Shown here: positions 12,110 to 23,220 of the stretch, piece after piece
Numbering within the stretch: position 1 is the first letter of the stretch
How the letters are laid out: each line of letters opens with the position of its first letter
Assembly: GCA_013239625.1 (NCBI GenBank)
Contig: MU054187.1
Location: 11,669,893 to 11,733,892, forward strand
DNA length: 64,000 nt
Direction of reading: 5' to 3'
Source: Lama guanicoe
Lineage: Eukaryota
Made by a program: the position numbers and the translations under genes
Notes under the pieces: model-generated
Databases searched by the model: none
What the model was told of the DNA's origin: nothing
The model's input: the letters and a program-made list of their open reading frames with translations, nothing else

Positions 12110-12292
12110 TTTTGCCACATTTAGCAAATAAAAATACAGGGCTCACAGATAAATGTGAATTTCAGATAAACAACAAATCATTTTTAGTATAAGTATATCC
12201 TATACAATATTTGGGACATACACTAAAGAATTATCTATTGCTTATCTGAAATTTAATTTTGACTGGGTGTCTTGTATTTTACATAGAAACTC
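12110..12292. mobile_element. MER53-like palindromic hAT MITE
   Basis: TTTAGCAAATAAAAATACAGG...GAATTTCAGATAA...TTATCTGAAATTT...CTTGTATTTTA: imperfect internal inverted repeat matching the recalled MER53 consensus. Confidence 0.7.
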
Positions 12293-12348
12293 TTCATAGG
12301 GTATAAATATATCCAACTGACTAAAGTTATTTCTAAACTATATGTATC

Positions 12349-12351
<3 letters not shown>

Positions 12352-12387
<36 letters not shown>

Positions 12388-12424
12388 ATATATATACACA
12401 TATATATATATATATGATATATAT
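12352..12424. repeat. Interrupted (TA)n microsatellite
   Basis: Direct reading. Confidence 0.95.
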
Positions 12425-13998
12425 GAGACAGAGTTTCATCTCAGTTATTTAGAAGGCAAACTTTAGGCTTCCTTATGGTGAAAGAAAGAAGTACAATCAG
12501 AATTACAAGCAAATAGGCAGGAGGAAGGAAGGAAGATTGGGAAGGAAGGAGGAGGGGAGAGAAAGTAAATGGGAAGGAAGAAGAAACTAACGAATGTCTC
12601 TGGCTCCGCAAAAGTGACCTGTGAACATCCAGCAACTGAGAGGAACCTATCAGACCATAAGAGAAAAGGATCATGCTTCACGACTCAGAAATTGGTATAC
12701 TTCCTACCGTGAAAAGCAACACTTACATCAGCAAACAATTGCACAAAAGCTGGGAATTATATGGGAGAGAGATTAGAAAGGCAAAAAAAAAAATATATAG
12801 ATGATGGAAAAAAGATAAAAGGGAGTTACAAAGAGCCTAAGTAATGTCAGTAAGTGTGGAAGTCTTAACACAAATGGAGATCCAGTGACTTGAATCAGCA
12901 CTGGTCTGGGTGAAGGTGTGATGGAGTAGGTCAGTCTTTCATTCTCAGGAACTTCCACGAGCATCAGTTACCACATTAAAGCCGTATTATCATTTGGCCA
13001 ATCTTACAGCATGTTAAGAGTAGAAATTAGGAAGGTGATGGCAAAACCATTTTTAGTTCAGTTTAGTCACCAAGAATATGAATCTGTCTTGCCACAAATC
13101 TGCAAATTTCAGTGATATGAGAGAAATTATGTAACTTGCCTAAAGTCACAGAGCAAGTAAAAGAGTAGAGTCAGGATTCAACCCCATGTTTTACAACAAA
13201 AGTCTCATATTTATTTCACTTAGCAAAATTATCATACCAACCAACGTATTTATTTGGCCAGGAGGGACAGTCACTATGGTAGAAATGAGTTAAAACATAA
13301 TGCAGTAGAGGTGTTGCCTCTCGTGGTAGTTTATTCATGGAAAGCAAACCCAAGTGAACTATGTTTTAGAATCCAACTAATGAAAAGATGAAAGAATTCC
13401 CTTATTATCATCACATCGTAATGGAAAAGACAAAAGTGTTTTATATGAAAATACTTAGGACTGAGTCACATGCAAAGAGATAAAGAAAACTCTGTTACCT
13501 TGATAGTGGTGATATTATTAAGGGTGTTTGTATATGTCTAAACTCATCAAACTACACATTAAATATGTGCAGTTCTTTGTATATCAATTACATTTCAATA
13601 AAGCTGTTAAAAAATGAATGCAAAATTGAAATATTTCCATTTAAGAAATACAACAAAATCAGTTATCAAATTTTAAGCAAAAGGAAAAAAGGGGAAGATT
13701 AGCTTTAATCTTATGAAATTGTAGAATTCTGAGCAGTTTATCCCTGGAAGAGTTTGGGAACAATTGAATGTAGAATGTCACAATGTTGATGAATTATTGA
13801 CCATTTGCACATGTACAAATATTGCAATTAGTAAACATCTTCAGCATACTGGTCACCTACTTAGAGAATCGTTCTAAATACTTATCTAAAAGGCCTCTCA
13901 ATCCCATTCCCCTTGCCAGTCACTATGATAAATTATTAGTTTATCTCCACCTACCTCCTCCAATTTCCAGCTTAAAAAAAAAATGTAAGCTCTAAATT

Positions 13999-14130
13999 GT
14001 TTGCCTTCAGCATTCTTGGCCTGAGTGTCTGCTCCAAAGTCCATGAGCAAGCAGGCGAGCTTCCCACTGGACGCCCTGGCCACCGCGTGAAGAGGGGATT
14101 CCAGTCCCCGGCCTTGGTTCACACTTGCTC
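13999..14130 (-). pseudogene. ASB9: ASB9-like ankyrin exon, truncated mid-exon
   Basis: TTTAG|GAGCAAGT. Reads (G)ASVNQGRGLESPLHAVARASSGKLACLLMDFGADTQAKNAEGK versus recalled ASB9 GADVNQGKGQDSPLHAVARTASEELACLLMDFGADTQAKNAEGKRPVELV. Similarity stops after GGC AAA C. Confidence 0.9.
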
Positions 14131-15554
14131 CTAAACAGTCATGAGAACAGAGAGTCAGCCGAGGAGCAGAGTCCCAGCATCCCCTTCTCAAAGCACTGCA
14201 CCTCAAGGCTCCCTGACAAAAGGGCATCCCAGTGGGCACGGCAGTTCTCCGGAGAAACGGGAGATGACTTGACTCCGTTTACAAACGTGGGGGAAATGCC
14301 CCCTGACGATGGCTGAGCGTGCAGTGCCTGGTGTACGGCCTGTGAGGGTCAACACCATGCCCTGGAGCACCAGACACAGTGTGATACCTACAAGGAAAAT
14401 CCTGGTGGTGTGAAAGCTGCACATTCATTACTCATGGAGCCCAAACACTAGCCAGACCAGAAGTGAGGCCAGATGGGGAAATCCCAGCTATGGCAGGCAG
14501 CCACACATGCAGAGCAGCTGCAGTGGGGCTGAAACCTGAGACTTGGGACTGTGTGACTGGGACTCTGAAGAGCAACCAATTATGACAGCATTGCCTACAT
14601 TAGGGTAGCCAATCCCAAGATCCCAGGGTAGGTGGCAAAGTCCTCCTCCTCAGGGAGAAGGTAGATTTCTAGGACCATCCCCACCCAATTCCATCCCTAC
14701 ACTATCAGCCAATCCCCACCCCAGCCCAGATGCTGGCTTACATGTGGGGACATGTGGCTTTGCCTGAGTGGCTGTCGCTCTCATAAACTGGGAATCTTTG
14801 GCCATCCAACAAATGTTAACTCAGTTGTTCTTGCACTCAGCTTTGTGAGGGGTGCAAAACCTGGCCCTCTCCTAATGAGGGGCTTAAAATCCACTTACAA
14901 TGATAGAAGAGAGAAAGAGGGAGAGAAGGAGAGAGACCGAATCTTCTAATTCATGGTAATAGTTACCAACTGAGTAGAAGGCAATAAGAACTCTAAGAAC
15001 ATTTGGTGGCAAGAAAGATTGCTGGATTTTTAAACAGTAAACAGGACTTAAATAATTAAAGAGGTGATGAAATGGTATCCCAAGAAGGGACTGGACACAC
15101 AGCAGGAAGGCGAAAAAGAATGATTCAACTTAGGCCCTTTCAAAGAAAATATAGTATTTACAATGCGCTACAAATGGGTCAACTTCTATTTGCAAATCAG
15201 AGAACTGGTGAGGAAGGCCCCAGATAGGGAGACTCAGCCCTAACCCAGTGGCTGTGCAAGTCATGCAGAGCCTAATGATGTCATTGGCTGGAGAGAGGGA
15301 GGCAGCGGAAAGGGAGAAGTCATCACGGATGACCATCCTGGGAGAAGACACCAGCGTCATTATCATCATGCTCATTACAGTGAGAGAACTAAAGGTCAGT
15401 TTAAAGTCACTCCCCGTGGGAACATAGTATGAGCCGTGATCCCGTCCGACTCCCCCGCCCGCACTCTTCCCTCTGCTATGAGAGAAAGAGCTTCCAAATA
15501 GCTTTCATTTCCTTTTCATTTACTGTCCTTGCTATGTTTTGCTTTTTGTTTTAC

Positions 15555-15671
15555 CCGATTCCAGAAGCTTCTTGGCACAAGCCACTTGCAGGTTTTCACA
15601 AGCCAGATAGCTGATGTTATGGTCAGTGTCACCCCCGTGAGCCACAAGAGACTCAATGCACTCCACGTGGC
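15555..15671 (-). pseudogene. ASB9: ASB9-like ankyrin exon with 18-nt in-frame deletion (not in the ORF track)
   Basis: CTGCAG|GCCACG...GAATCGG|GTAAAA, 117 nt. Reads GHVECIESLVAHGGDTDHNIS------YLACENLQVACAKKLLES versus recalled GHVECVNSLIAYGGNIDHKISHLGTPLYLACENQQRACVKKLLES. Confidence 0.9.
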
Positions 15672-16489
15672 CTGCAGCCCGAAGGGGGAGCAAACAGTCA
15701 CAACACACACTCTCTCAGCCAGGAAAACATCACCTTGCCCATTTCTGTGTGTGTTTAAAATTTCCAACAACTTATCCAGGGACCAAAAGCCATTTCTTTT
15801 ACTTAGAATAGGAAATGATCTTCCACACTGGTGCCAGTTAATGGGTTGACCATAGGATGTGACCTACAGCTCTGGGTGGAACTCCACTTGAGTTGACCAG
15901 CCACGGTAAGCAACAAGCAACCATCCACCTCTTCCAATTGTTTATGGCTTGGTAATCAGTCCAAGTGCTGAAATCAAAGTGAGAACTGGGGAAAGGTGTG
16001 GAAGAACAGAGACTAAAGGTGGATCTGAAGAGGGCATAGTGTGGGCCATGGGACAGGGAGAAACAGGCCACAGTGGGCACAGGTGAGTCTGAGAAGAAGG
16101 TACCAGATCCAACATGAGTGGCACCCAGCGTGGCCAGCTAGGTTTAGTGAAAGCAGAATCACTCTTCCTTGCTCTAAAATGTCAGTAGTTGAAACATTTG
16201 CACCTTGGCCTCTCTCTTGTCATACCACTTTAGTTCTATGTGTTCAGTGAATATGATGAGATAGCATCTCTCCTCGTGATGAAATGCCAGTGCTTCAGGA
16301 GCTAAGTATAATACGGGTGGATCCAGTCAAATAGGGCTGCTGTCAATGGGATATGAACAGCCCTCCTGGCAAGGTATGGTCATCACTGTGAGAAGGAAGA
16401 GGAGGAGGAAAATCAAACAAAACGAGCAATTTTATCTTTTGTCTCAGAGTTCAGAACAGCAGGGAAACTGTGATTTTATGAAAAGAACT

Positions 16490-16745
16490 ACCCCAGATGA
16501 GTAAGTTCTGGGGGTCTAGTGTACAACATGGTGACTACAGTTACTAGCACCATGTTATAGCCTTGAACGAGAGTAGATCTGAAATGTTCTCACCACACAA
16601 AAAAGGTAACTGTACGAGGGAATGCATGTGTTAATTAACTTAATTATGGGCATCCTTTCACAATATATATGTATTTCAAATCGTCACATTGTACACCTCA
16701 AATAAACACAGTTTTATTTGTCAGTTATACCTCAAGAAAGCTGGG
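16490..16745 (+). mobile_element. L1M 3' end fragment
   Basis: AGATGAGTAAGTTCTGGGG...TACAACATGGTGACTA...TTATACCTCAAGAAAGCTG is a typical L1 3' UTR terminus. Confidence 0.7.
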
Positions 16746-17014
16746 GGTGGGGAGAGTTACCCCATACTGTATATAACATCTTATATTTCCAAAAGTTGCA
16801 AGTTTGTTTTCACTTAGCAAACCTAGGTGGCCCTGAGACAATATTTGTTAAAGCCCTAAAATAGATTGTAATCTGTTTTATAAAATAATTTGATGTTATG
16901 TGGTCATGGGTTCAATAATATATTCTACAAATGTTGATGGAGAGTCTACCATGTGACAGGCCCTGTTCCAGAAATATAGCCATGAACAGCATTCCAAATG
17001 TTTGAAAAGGATGC

Positions 17015-17180
17015 TTCTCACACTGATTGTGCATCAGAATTACCTGGAGGGCTTGTTCAACAAAACACAGATGGCTGGGCCCCATCCCCAAAGTTACTGA
17101 TTCAATGAGTCTGGAATGAGGGCCCAAGAATCTGCATTTGCACACCAGGTTGGGAAAGGATATTTCTGGTCCCAGGGCCC
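17015..17180. mobile_element. MER5A-like hAT MITE
   Basis: CATCAGAATTACCTGGAGGGCTTG...GGGCCCAAGAATCTGCATT matches recalled MER5A motifs. Confidence 0.65.
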
Positions 17181-17276
17181 CAGATTGCGAGCTACTGTCC
17201 CCTTTCGCTCTTCCCTGCAACGGGAAGAGGTCTCTTGAAGGAGTGGATGGAAAACTTAACTTCTCAACAGATCTAC

Positions 17277-17427
17277 CTCTCTTAGCAGCTTTGTGGATGG
17301 GGGAGGCCAGACCACTCACAGGGTGGGGGCTGGCTCCATGCTGCAGAAGCAAATTCACACAGTCCTGGCTGCCGCTGACACAAGCATTAAACAAGGGAGT
17401 GTGCCAGTCTGCAGTAACACCATTCAC
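17277..17427 (-). pseudogene. ASB9: ASB9-like ankyrin exon
   Basis: TTCTAG|GTGAAT...AAGAGAG|GTAGAT, 151 nt. Reads VNGVTADWHTPLFNACVSGSQDCVNLLLQHGASPHPVSGLASPIHKAAKR, close to recalled ASB9. Confidence 0.92.
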
Positions 17428-17799
17428 CTAGAAAACAATAGCTCCAGGATGAAGGCAGGGAGTGGGGCGACCCTGATTCAAATCTAAGTTCCATCACTTT
17501 CAAGCTATTATTTAACTTCTCGGAGACCTTCAATTCCACAGCTATAAAATGGAGACAAAAATAACAAATTCTACACAGTTGCCATGAAAAGCTGAATGAG
17601 GTATGGATTGTAAGCTACCAAAAATGTGTCTGAATCTTCTGTCTCCTCCATGCCCTCCCCAAGAACATGAACTTTGAAACTACTTAGGATGGTCAATAGC
17701 TTACAAACTAATCTCCTTATTTTAAACACTCCCATCTGAGATCCATCCCACTCCAATCCAATTTCCCCACAACAGTTAGAGTAATCTTTTAAAATTGTT

Positions 17800-17956
17800 G
17801 GGGGAGGGTATAGCTCAAGTGGTAGAGGGCATGCTTAGCACGCACAGGGTCCTGGGTTCAATTCCCAGTCCCTCCTCTAAAAATAGATAAATAAACAAGT
17901 TAAACCTAATCCCCCCCCCCGAAAAAAAAAATAAAAATAAAAAATAAAAATAAAAA
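17800..17956 (+). mobile_element. Vic-1-type tRNA-derived SINE (camelid)
   Basis: GGGGGAGGGTATAGCTCAAGTGGTAGAG (A box)...GGTTCAATTCCC (B box), A-rich tail, and target-site duplication AAAATTGTT at 17791-17799 and 17957-17965. Confidence 0.88.
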
Positions 17957-18947
17957 AAAATTGTTACTTATTTTCTTTTCAAAATTAAAAACATTGCTTC
18001 CATACAAATATAGAGTGAACACAAGCCAAAGATTTTATGCAACTCATTCATTAATGAGGGAACCAGTAAAACTGGCTGGCTCAAAGAATTTATAGAGCCA
18101 GTCAGTGGAATGCCAAAATAAACTGGCTAATCGATACAAAGCTGGTTAATATCGTACAGGGCCATAAAACTGGCATCTTTGGGGCGATCTTTGCTAGCAT
18201 TGGAAACGAGACTAAAACTTACAAGCTAACATCTAACATCACAATGTAAATCAAATGGCAAAGAATGAAGCCAAATGCAGGTGAATTTTTCTGTATCAAG
18301 TAATTCTTTGGTGAACCTGTTTTTAAACAATGATGCTGTGAAGACTCATAGGTATTTCCACGCGACGCCAGGACAAGTGAGTGAGGCACAAAAGACGGCC
18401 AGGTGCACACTTGCAGGAGACGCTCACTCCCAGGGTCATGAAAGGGCTTCAAGACCCCGAGCGTGAGCAGCTCTTTAAAGTCTGCACCCTTGGCACCTCT
18501 CTTGCGTCTGCTTGGTCCTGGCCCTGTTCTCAAGTTTGCGGTAAGTCTTCTTAAGAAAAACATAACCCTGACGATGCACTCGTCTATAGCTCTCTGAGGC
18601 TCTCAGGGCAGAGCCCGTTTTCTTGGCTGGACAACAAAGCTCATTGTGTTCTGACCTCTCACCTGCTCTGCTCTGCTGCTCTAAGGAATAATGATTTGAA
18701 GTCATGAACCAGGCGCTCAGTTTCACTTCTAGGCTGTTGCACTTGTTGTTCCCAATGGGTGGAAAACCCAGTGTTTCCCCAACCCACCATTCAGCTGGCT
18801 ACTCCAACAGATCCTTTAGGTTTCAAGTGAGACATCATTTCCTGTAAGAAGCCTCTTCTGACTCCCTCTTTCTCCATCAGAAATAAACGACTTAGGAACA
18901 CTTCTGTGTGTTCCCAACAGTCCACTTACTATTTGTACTTATTACAT

Positions 18948-19445
18948 TGGGGTAGTTGGCAAAAATGACCACAGATTCTCGGCCCAAGATGCACAATCCC
19001 TTTGTAATGTGGTTTTCCAACTCCTCCCATCACAAGATGGAGACTGTTCGGTCCTTGAATCTGGGCTTGCCCACATGAATTGCTTTGGCAGATGGGACAG
19101 TAACAAATGTGATGCTAGCAGAGAGCTGACCCTTATTTCCTGCTCTTGAAATCCCTGCTACTATGTGGAAAAGCCCAGGCCTCCTGCAAAAAGATGAGAC
19201 ACCACAGAGAGATTTCCTGTCTCCCCAGACTTCTCAGCCATCCCAGTCAAGGTCACCATGAACCAGTCTGCCCCAGCTGACCTATCAGCTAACTCCAAAT
19301 GCCTCAGTAAGCCCAGCTGAGGTTACCTGAAGCAGGCCAGACTGAAGAGCTGTCCAGCTAACACAAGGAACTGGGAGAGAAAAAATGGCTATTGTCTTAA
19401 GTCAATAAGTCAGGGTAGTTTGTTACACAGCAAAAACTAATAGAT
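18948..19445 (+). mobile_element. MaLR (MLT1-like) LTR
   Basis: Ends TAGTTTGTTACACAGCAAAAACTAATAGATA, with internal CCTTGAATCTGGGCTTG typical of MLT1. Confidence 0.6.
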
Positions 19446-19469
19446 ATGTCTGTGAGTTTCTGGTTTGTA

Positions 19470-19745
19470 AACCACAGTTACCAAAGGGGAAAGGGGTGGA
19501 GAGAAGGATAAATTAGGAGTTTGGGATTAACACATACACATTACTATATGTAAAATAGATAAGCAACAAGGACCTACTATATAGCATAGGGAACTATATT
19601 CAGTATCTTGTAATAACCTATAATGGAAAAGAATCTGAAAATGAATATATATATATATTTATATTTATATGTATAACTAAGTCAGTTTGCTGTACACCTG
19701 AAACTAACACATTGTGAATCAATCAATCAATCAATCAATAAATTT
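19470..19745 (+). mobile_element. L1 3' end fragment
   Basis: GTTACCAAAGGGGAAAGG...GGATAAATTAGGAGTTTGGGATTAAC...GCTGTACACCTGAAACTAACAC, an artiodactyl-type L1 3' UTR. Confidence 0.75.
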
Positions 19746-19819
19746 TTAAACTAATGGATAAAAAGTTTATTGTAATTGCCTGCTGTGAAAAAAATACAAA
19801 AACAAAAAAAGTGATTGCC

Positions 19820-20232
19820 TGTTGTGGCTGAGATGCTAAGCATACAACAAACTTATTTCCTCTCTCCTGAGCACAGAGCCATAGTATGCTTCCCAGCCTC
19901 CCTGGTGATTAGACATGGCCTGAGTTCTGGTCAGTGTGATGTGAGCAGAAGTGACATATGTCACTGCCAATACTGGCCCTTCAAAGTCTTTCATTCACAA
20001 TCCTCCAAGTCTTGTCCCCTTCCAACCATCTGGAATGGAGCGCACATGGGAGCCACTTGTTGAAGACAGCAGAGCAATTGGATGAGAGGAGCCTGTGTCC
20101 TGGAATCACCTTGGAAAATAGCCACCCAGCCGGGAACACCCACAATGGAGTTTGAGTTGAACAAGAAATAAACTTTTATTATACTAGACTACGGAGATTT
20201 TAGAGTTTATCTCTTAAAGCAGCCAGTGTTAC
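19820..20232 (+). mobile_element. MaLR (MLT1-like) LTR
   Basis: TTCCCAGCCTCCCTG...GAGTTCTGGTCAGTG...GAAATAAACTTTTATT...AGCAGCCAGTGTTA. Confidence 0.55.
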
Positions 20233-21015
20233 ATTCAGCAATTTACCTGTTTATCTGGTTGTCCCCTCATTTAGTGTATAAGTTCCTAAAAATATTTATC
20301 TAGAGTTAGGCACATAATAAATACTCAGTAACTCCCAGGTGAGAGAATATGAGAAAGCCATGTCGAGTTTTTGAGCAGATTTTCCCATCGCTTTTGAGCA
20401 TGAGAGGACGTAGTTAATGTAAGACCTACTGGTCCCCACTTTGAAATTCAATGACTTTGTATCTTCCTTCTCTAGGATCTCATTATGCCGCTCTGATTCC
20501 CATTCTCAAAATAATAATGTGCCTTCTCTCTCTCAATCCTCACAATACCACAATATGCTACATCATGTTTTTGGTTATTCTCCCTGTTTTTCTTTTTTCT
20601 CATATGTAGACTCTAACAGCTCACAGGCTAAGTGATTTGTCCAAACTTTCCAACGTTAGTAAATGGTAGAGACGGTCTGGGACCATTATTCAGGTCTTAT
20701 GGAGCCAAATGTTATATGTTTTCTACAATGCTTCATTACCTTCCACCCATACGAATGAAGGCAGAAATCTAACAACTATTTATCACAAGCGATTGTTTAA
20801 GAAAATGACACAGACTTTCATCATTACTTTCTAGCTAAAAATGCAGTATTTCATCTACCACTACAGCAAATAAGGTTGATGAACATAATACTTTTCAAAA
20901 AACCCTGTTCATATTTCAAGTCATACTAATCAAAAATACTGGAAATTATTCAGAAGGACTATAAATAGTCATTTTTCATTCATGGTTTCTAAGATGTGAT
21001 TCGAGTTGCCCTCAC

Positions 21016-21123
21016 CTGAGCTCCATGCTTTAATAAAATGTTTGCACAAGAAGGATGACCTCCAGGACAGGCTTCATGGACTGGGGACACATAATCTGCC
21101 GTGATGAGGTTCACAGGCCACCT
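21016..21123 (-). pseudogene. ASB9: ASB9-like ankyrin exon (most 5' exon recognised)
   Basis: CTCCAG|AGGTGG...GCTCAG|GTGAGG, 108 nt. Reads RWPVNLITADYVSPVHEACPGGHPSCANILLKHGAQ versus recalled GWAVNIITADHVSPLHEACLGGHLSCVKILLKHGAQ. Confidence 0.92.
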
Positions 21124-21223
21124 CTGGAGGGCTGAAAATGGGCAGAGTAAGGAGTGCAGAGCAAGACTTCTGTAGCTCTGGTTTCCAGCCATGAAACCAG
21201 CACAAGATAATTTAAAGTTACCC

Positions 21224-22015
21224 TGGCTCATCAGTAAAAAGGCCACGAACGATAAATGCTGGAGAGGGTGTGGAGAAAAGGGAACCCTCCTACACTGCTG
21301 GTGGAATGCAGGTTGGTGCAGCCACTGAGGAAAACAGTATGGAGATTCCGCAAAAGACTAGGAATAGACTTACCATATGACCCAGGAATCCTGTTTCTGG
21401 GCATATATCCAGGAGGAACCCTACTTCAAAAACATACATGCACCCCGATGTTCATAGCAACACTATATACAATAGCCAAGACATGGAAACAACCGAAATG
21501 TCCACCAAGAGATGACTGGATAGAGAAGCTGTGGTATAATTATACAATGGAATACCAATCAGCCATAAAAAAGAATAAAATAATGCCAAAGACAGCAACA
21601 CGGATGGACCCGGAGAATGTCATTCTAAGCAAAGTAAGCCAGAAAGAGAAAGAAACATACCATATGATATCACTCCTACCTGGAATCTAAAAAAAAGAAA
21701 AAGGCAAACGAACTTGTTTACAAACAGAAACAGATTCACAGACATAGAAAACAAACTTATGGTTCCCGGCGGGGAAGGAGAAGGAAGGGATCAGTCGGGA
21801 GTTCGAGATTTGCAAATACTAACTACTGCATATAAAACAGAAAAACAACTAGTTTATACTGTATAACACAGGGAACTATATTCAACATCTTATGGTGAAA
21901 AATAACATGAAAAGGAATATATGTATACTCATGTGTGACTGAAGCATGGTGCTCTACACCAGAAATTGACACAACAGTGTAAACTGACTATAACTCAATA
22001 AAAATTTTTAAAAAA
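21224..22015 (+). mobile_element. 5'-truncated L1 (ORF2 C-terminus plus 3' UTR)
   Basis: Peptide [12 protein letters not shown]...CTPMFIATLYTIAKTWKQPKCP is the L1 ORF2 C-terminus. A-rich end; no TSD found. Confidence 0.9.
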
Positions 22016-22029
22016 TGATTCTTTTCCTT

Positions 22030-23220
22030 TGGCTTTCATTATTTGAAAGTGACATGTCTTAGCAGTCTCTTTGTTTTTATCCTGTGTCCCTTTATCTTCT
22101 TGGATGTGTAGATTAATCTTTTTCATCACATTTGGGAAGTTTTCAGCCATTATTTATAAAATGTTTTCTGCCCCCTTTTCTCTCTTCTATCCAGGGGACA
22201 CTAGTACACGTTTGTCGGTGTATGAATGTGCCCCACATTTCACAGAGGCTCTGTTCCTTCCCCGTTTTCTCTGAGCTTCCACTCACATGGTCGCTTTTGC
22301 TCCGCCATCCCGCTTCTACTCTTGAGCCCATCCAATTTCCACTTCCATCTTTGTACCTTTTAACTTGACAATTTCCATTTTTATGATTTCTATCTCTTGA
22401 CTGATACTATTTGACGAGACACTTCCTTTAATTCTTCAGACATGGTCTCGTTCAGTCCATTGACCATATTTATGATGGCTCCTTTGAAGTCGTTGGGTGC
22501 TAAGGCCGACATCTCAGTCCCTTCCAAAGCCTTTTCTTTGCCTGTTTTCCTGGGCGTGGACCACACTTTTCTGCTTCATCACGTGTCCTCACATTTTCTT
22601 GTTGAAAGCTGAACATTTAAATACCATGTGGTAGCCACTCTCAATTCTTTTTTTTTTTCCTGTTTTCAAAAGTTTAATGTAAACTGCGTGCATTTGTAGC
22701 ATCTTTATTACTTGCATACAGAAATATTTTCATACAGCAACTGTCGATTCTAATCCCCTGCCCGCCCCCACCCATCCCTGGTTTGTCTGTGTGTTCATTG
22801 ATTTATTTGTCTAGTGAGTTGGCTGAACTAACTCTGTGACTTCCATTTCCCCTGCAGTGTGCAGCCTCTGATGTCCCTGCTCAGTGTTCTCTTTCTTGGT
22901 TTCACCTTTTAGCCTGGCCACCTAGGGGTCACCTTGGGCCAGCACAAGCCACTTATCAGGCAAAGGTTGTGCTTAAGGCCCGGTGGCCTGTTAGATTTTT
23001 GCCCTTTACCTCTGGATGTCTGTGTGACATGGAGGCTGCTCTCAGTTTATGTGTATTTTGTCCCACGTCAGCCAAAGACCAAAGACCACCTGTGCACCCA
23101 TCTCTCCTGAGAGGCACAGCCTTGGGCGTGCACACAGCCTTCCAGAGTGCCAGGGGTGTGTGTGGTTTGTTCTTCAGAGCTGTTCCTAGGTCAGGGTGGC
23201 CTACCGCCCAGCCTGTTTGG
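22030..23220 (-). mobile_element. Old L1M 5'/ORF1-region fragment
   Basis: TTTGGGAAGTTTTCAGCCATTATTT and related pyrimidine-rich motifs typical of antisense L1M ORF1. Confidence 0.5.

Noticed and set aside
16912..17276. C-terminal extension of the 171-aa ASB9-like ORF
   Set aside because: Read-through past the 17277 donor into intron and a MER5A-like element.
17800..17875. tRNA-like sequence
   Set aside because: It has an A-rich tail, a TSD and a second copy at 40632, so it is a SINE head rather than a tRNA gene.
21220..21246. LLMSQG resembling the end of the preceding ASB9 exon (NLISQG)
   Set aside because: These bases align with the start of the L1 ORF2 fragment on the plus strand, so the resemblance is coincidental.
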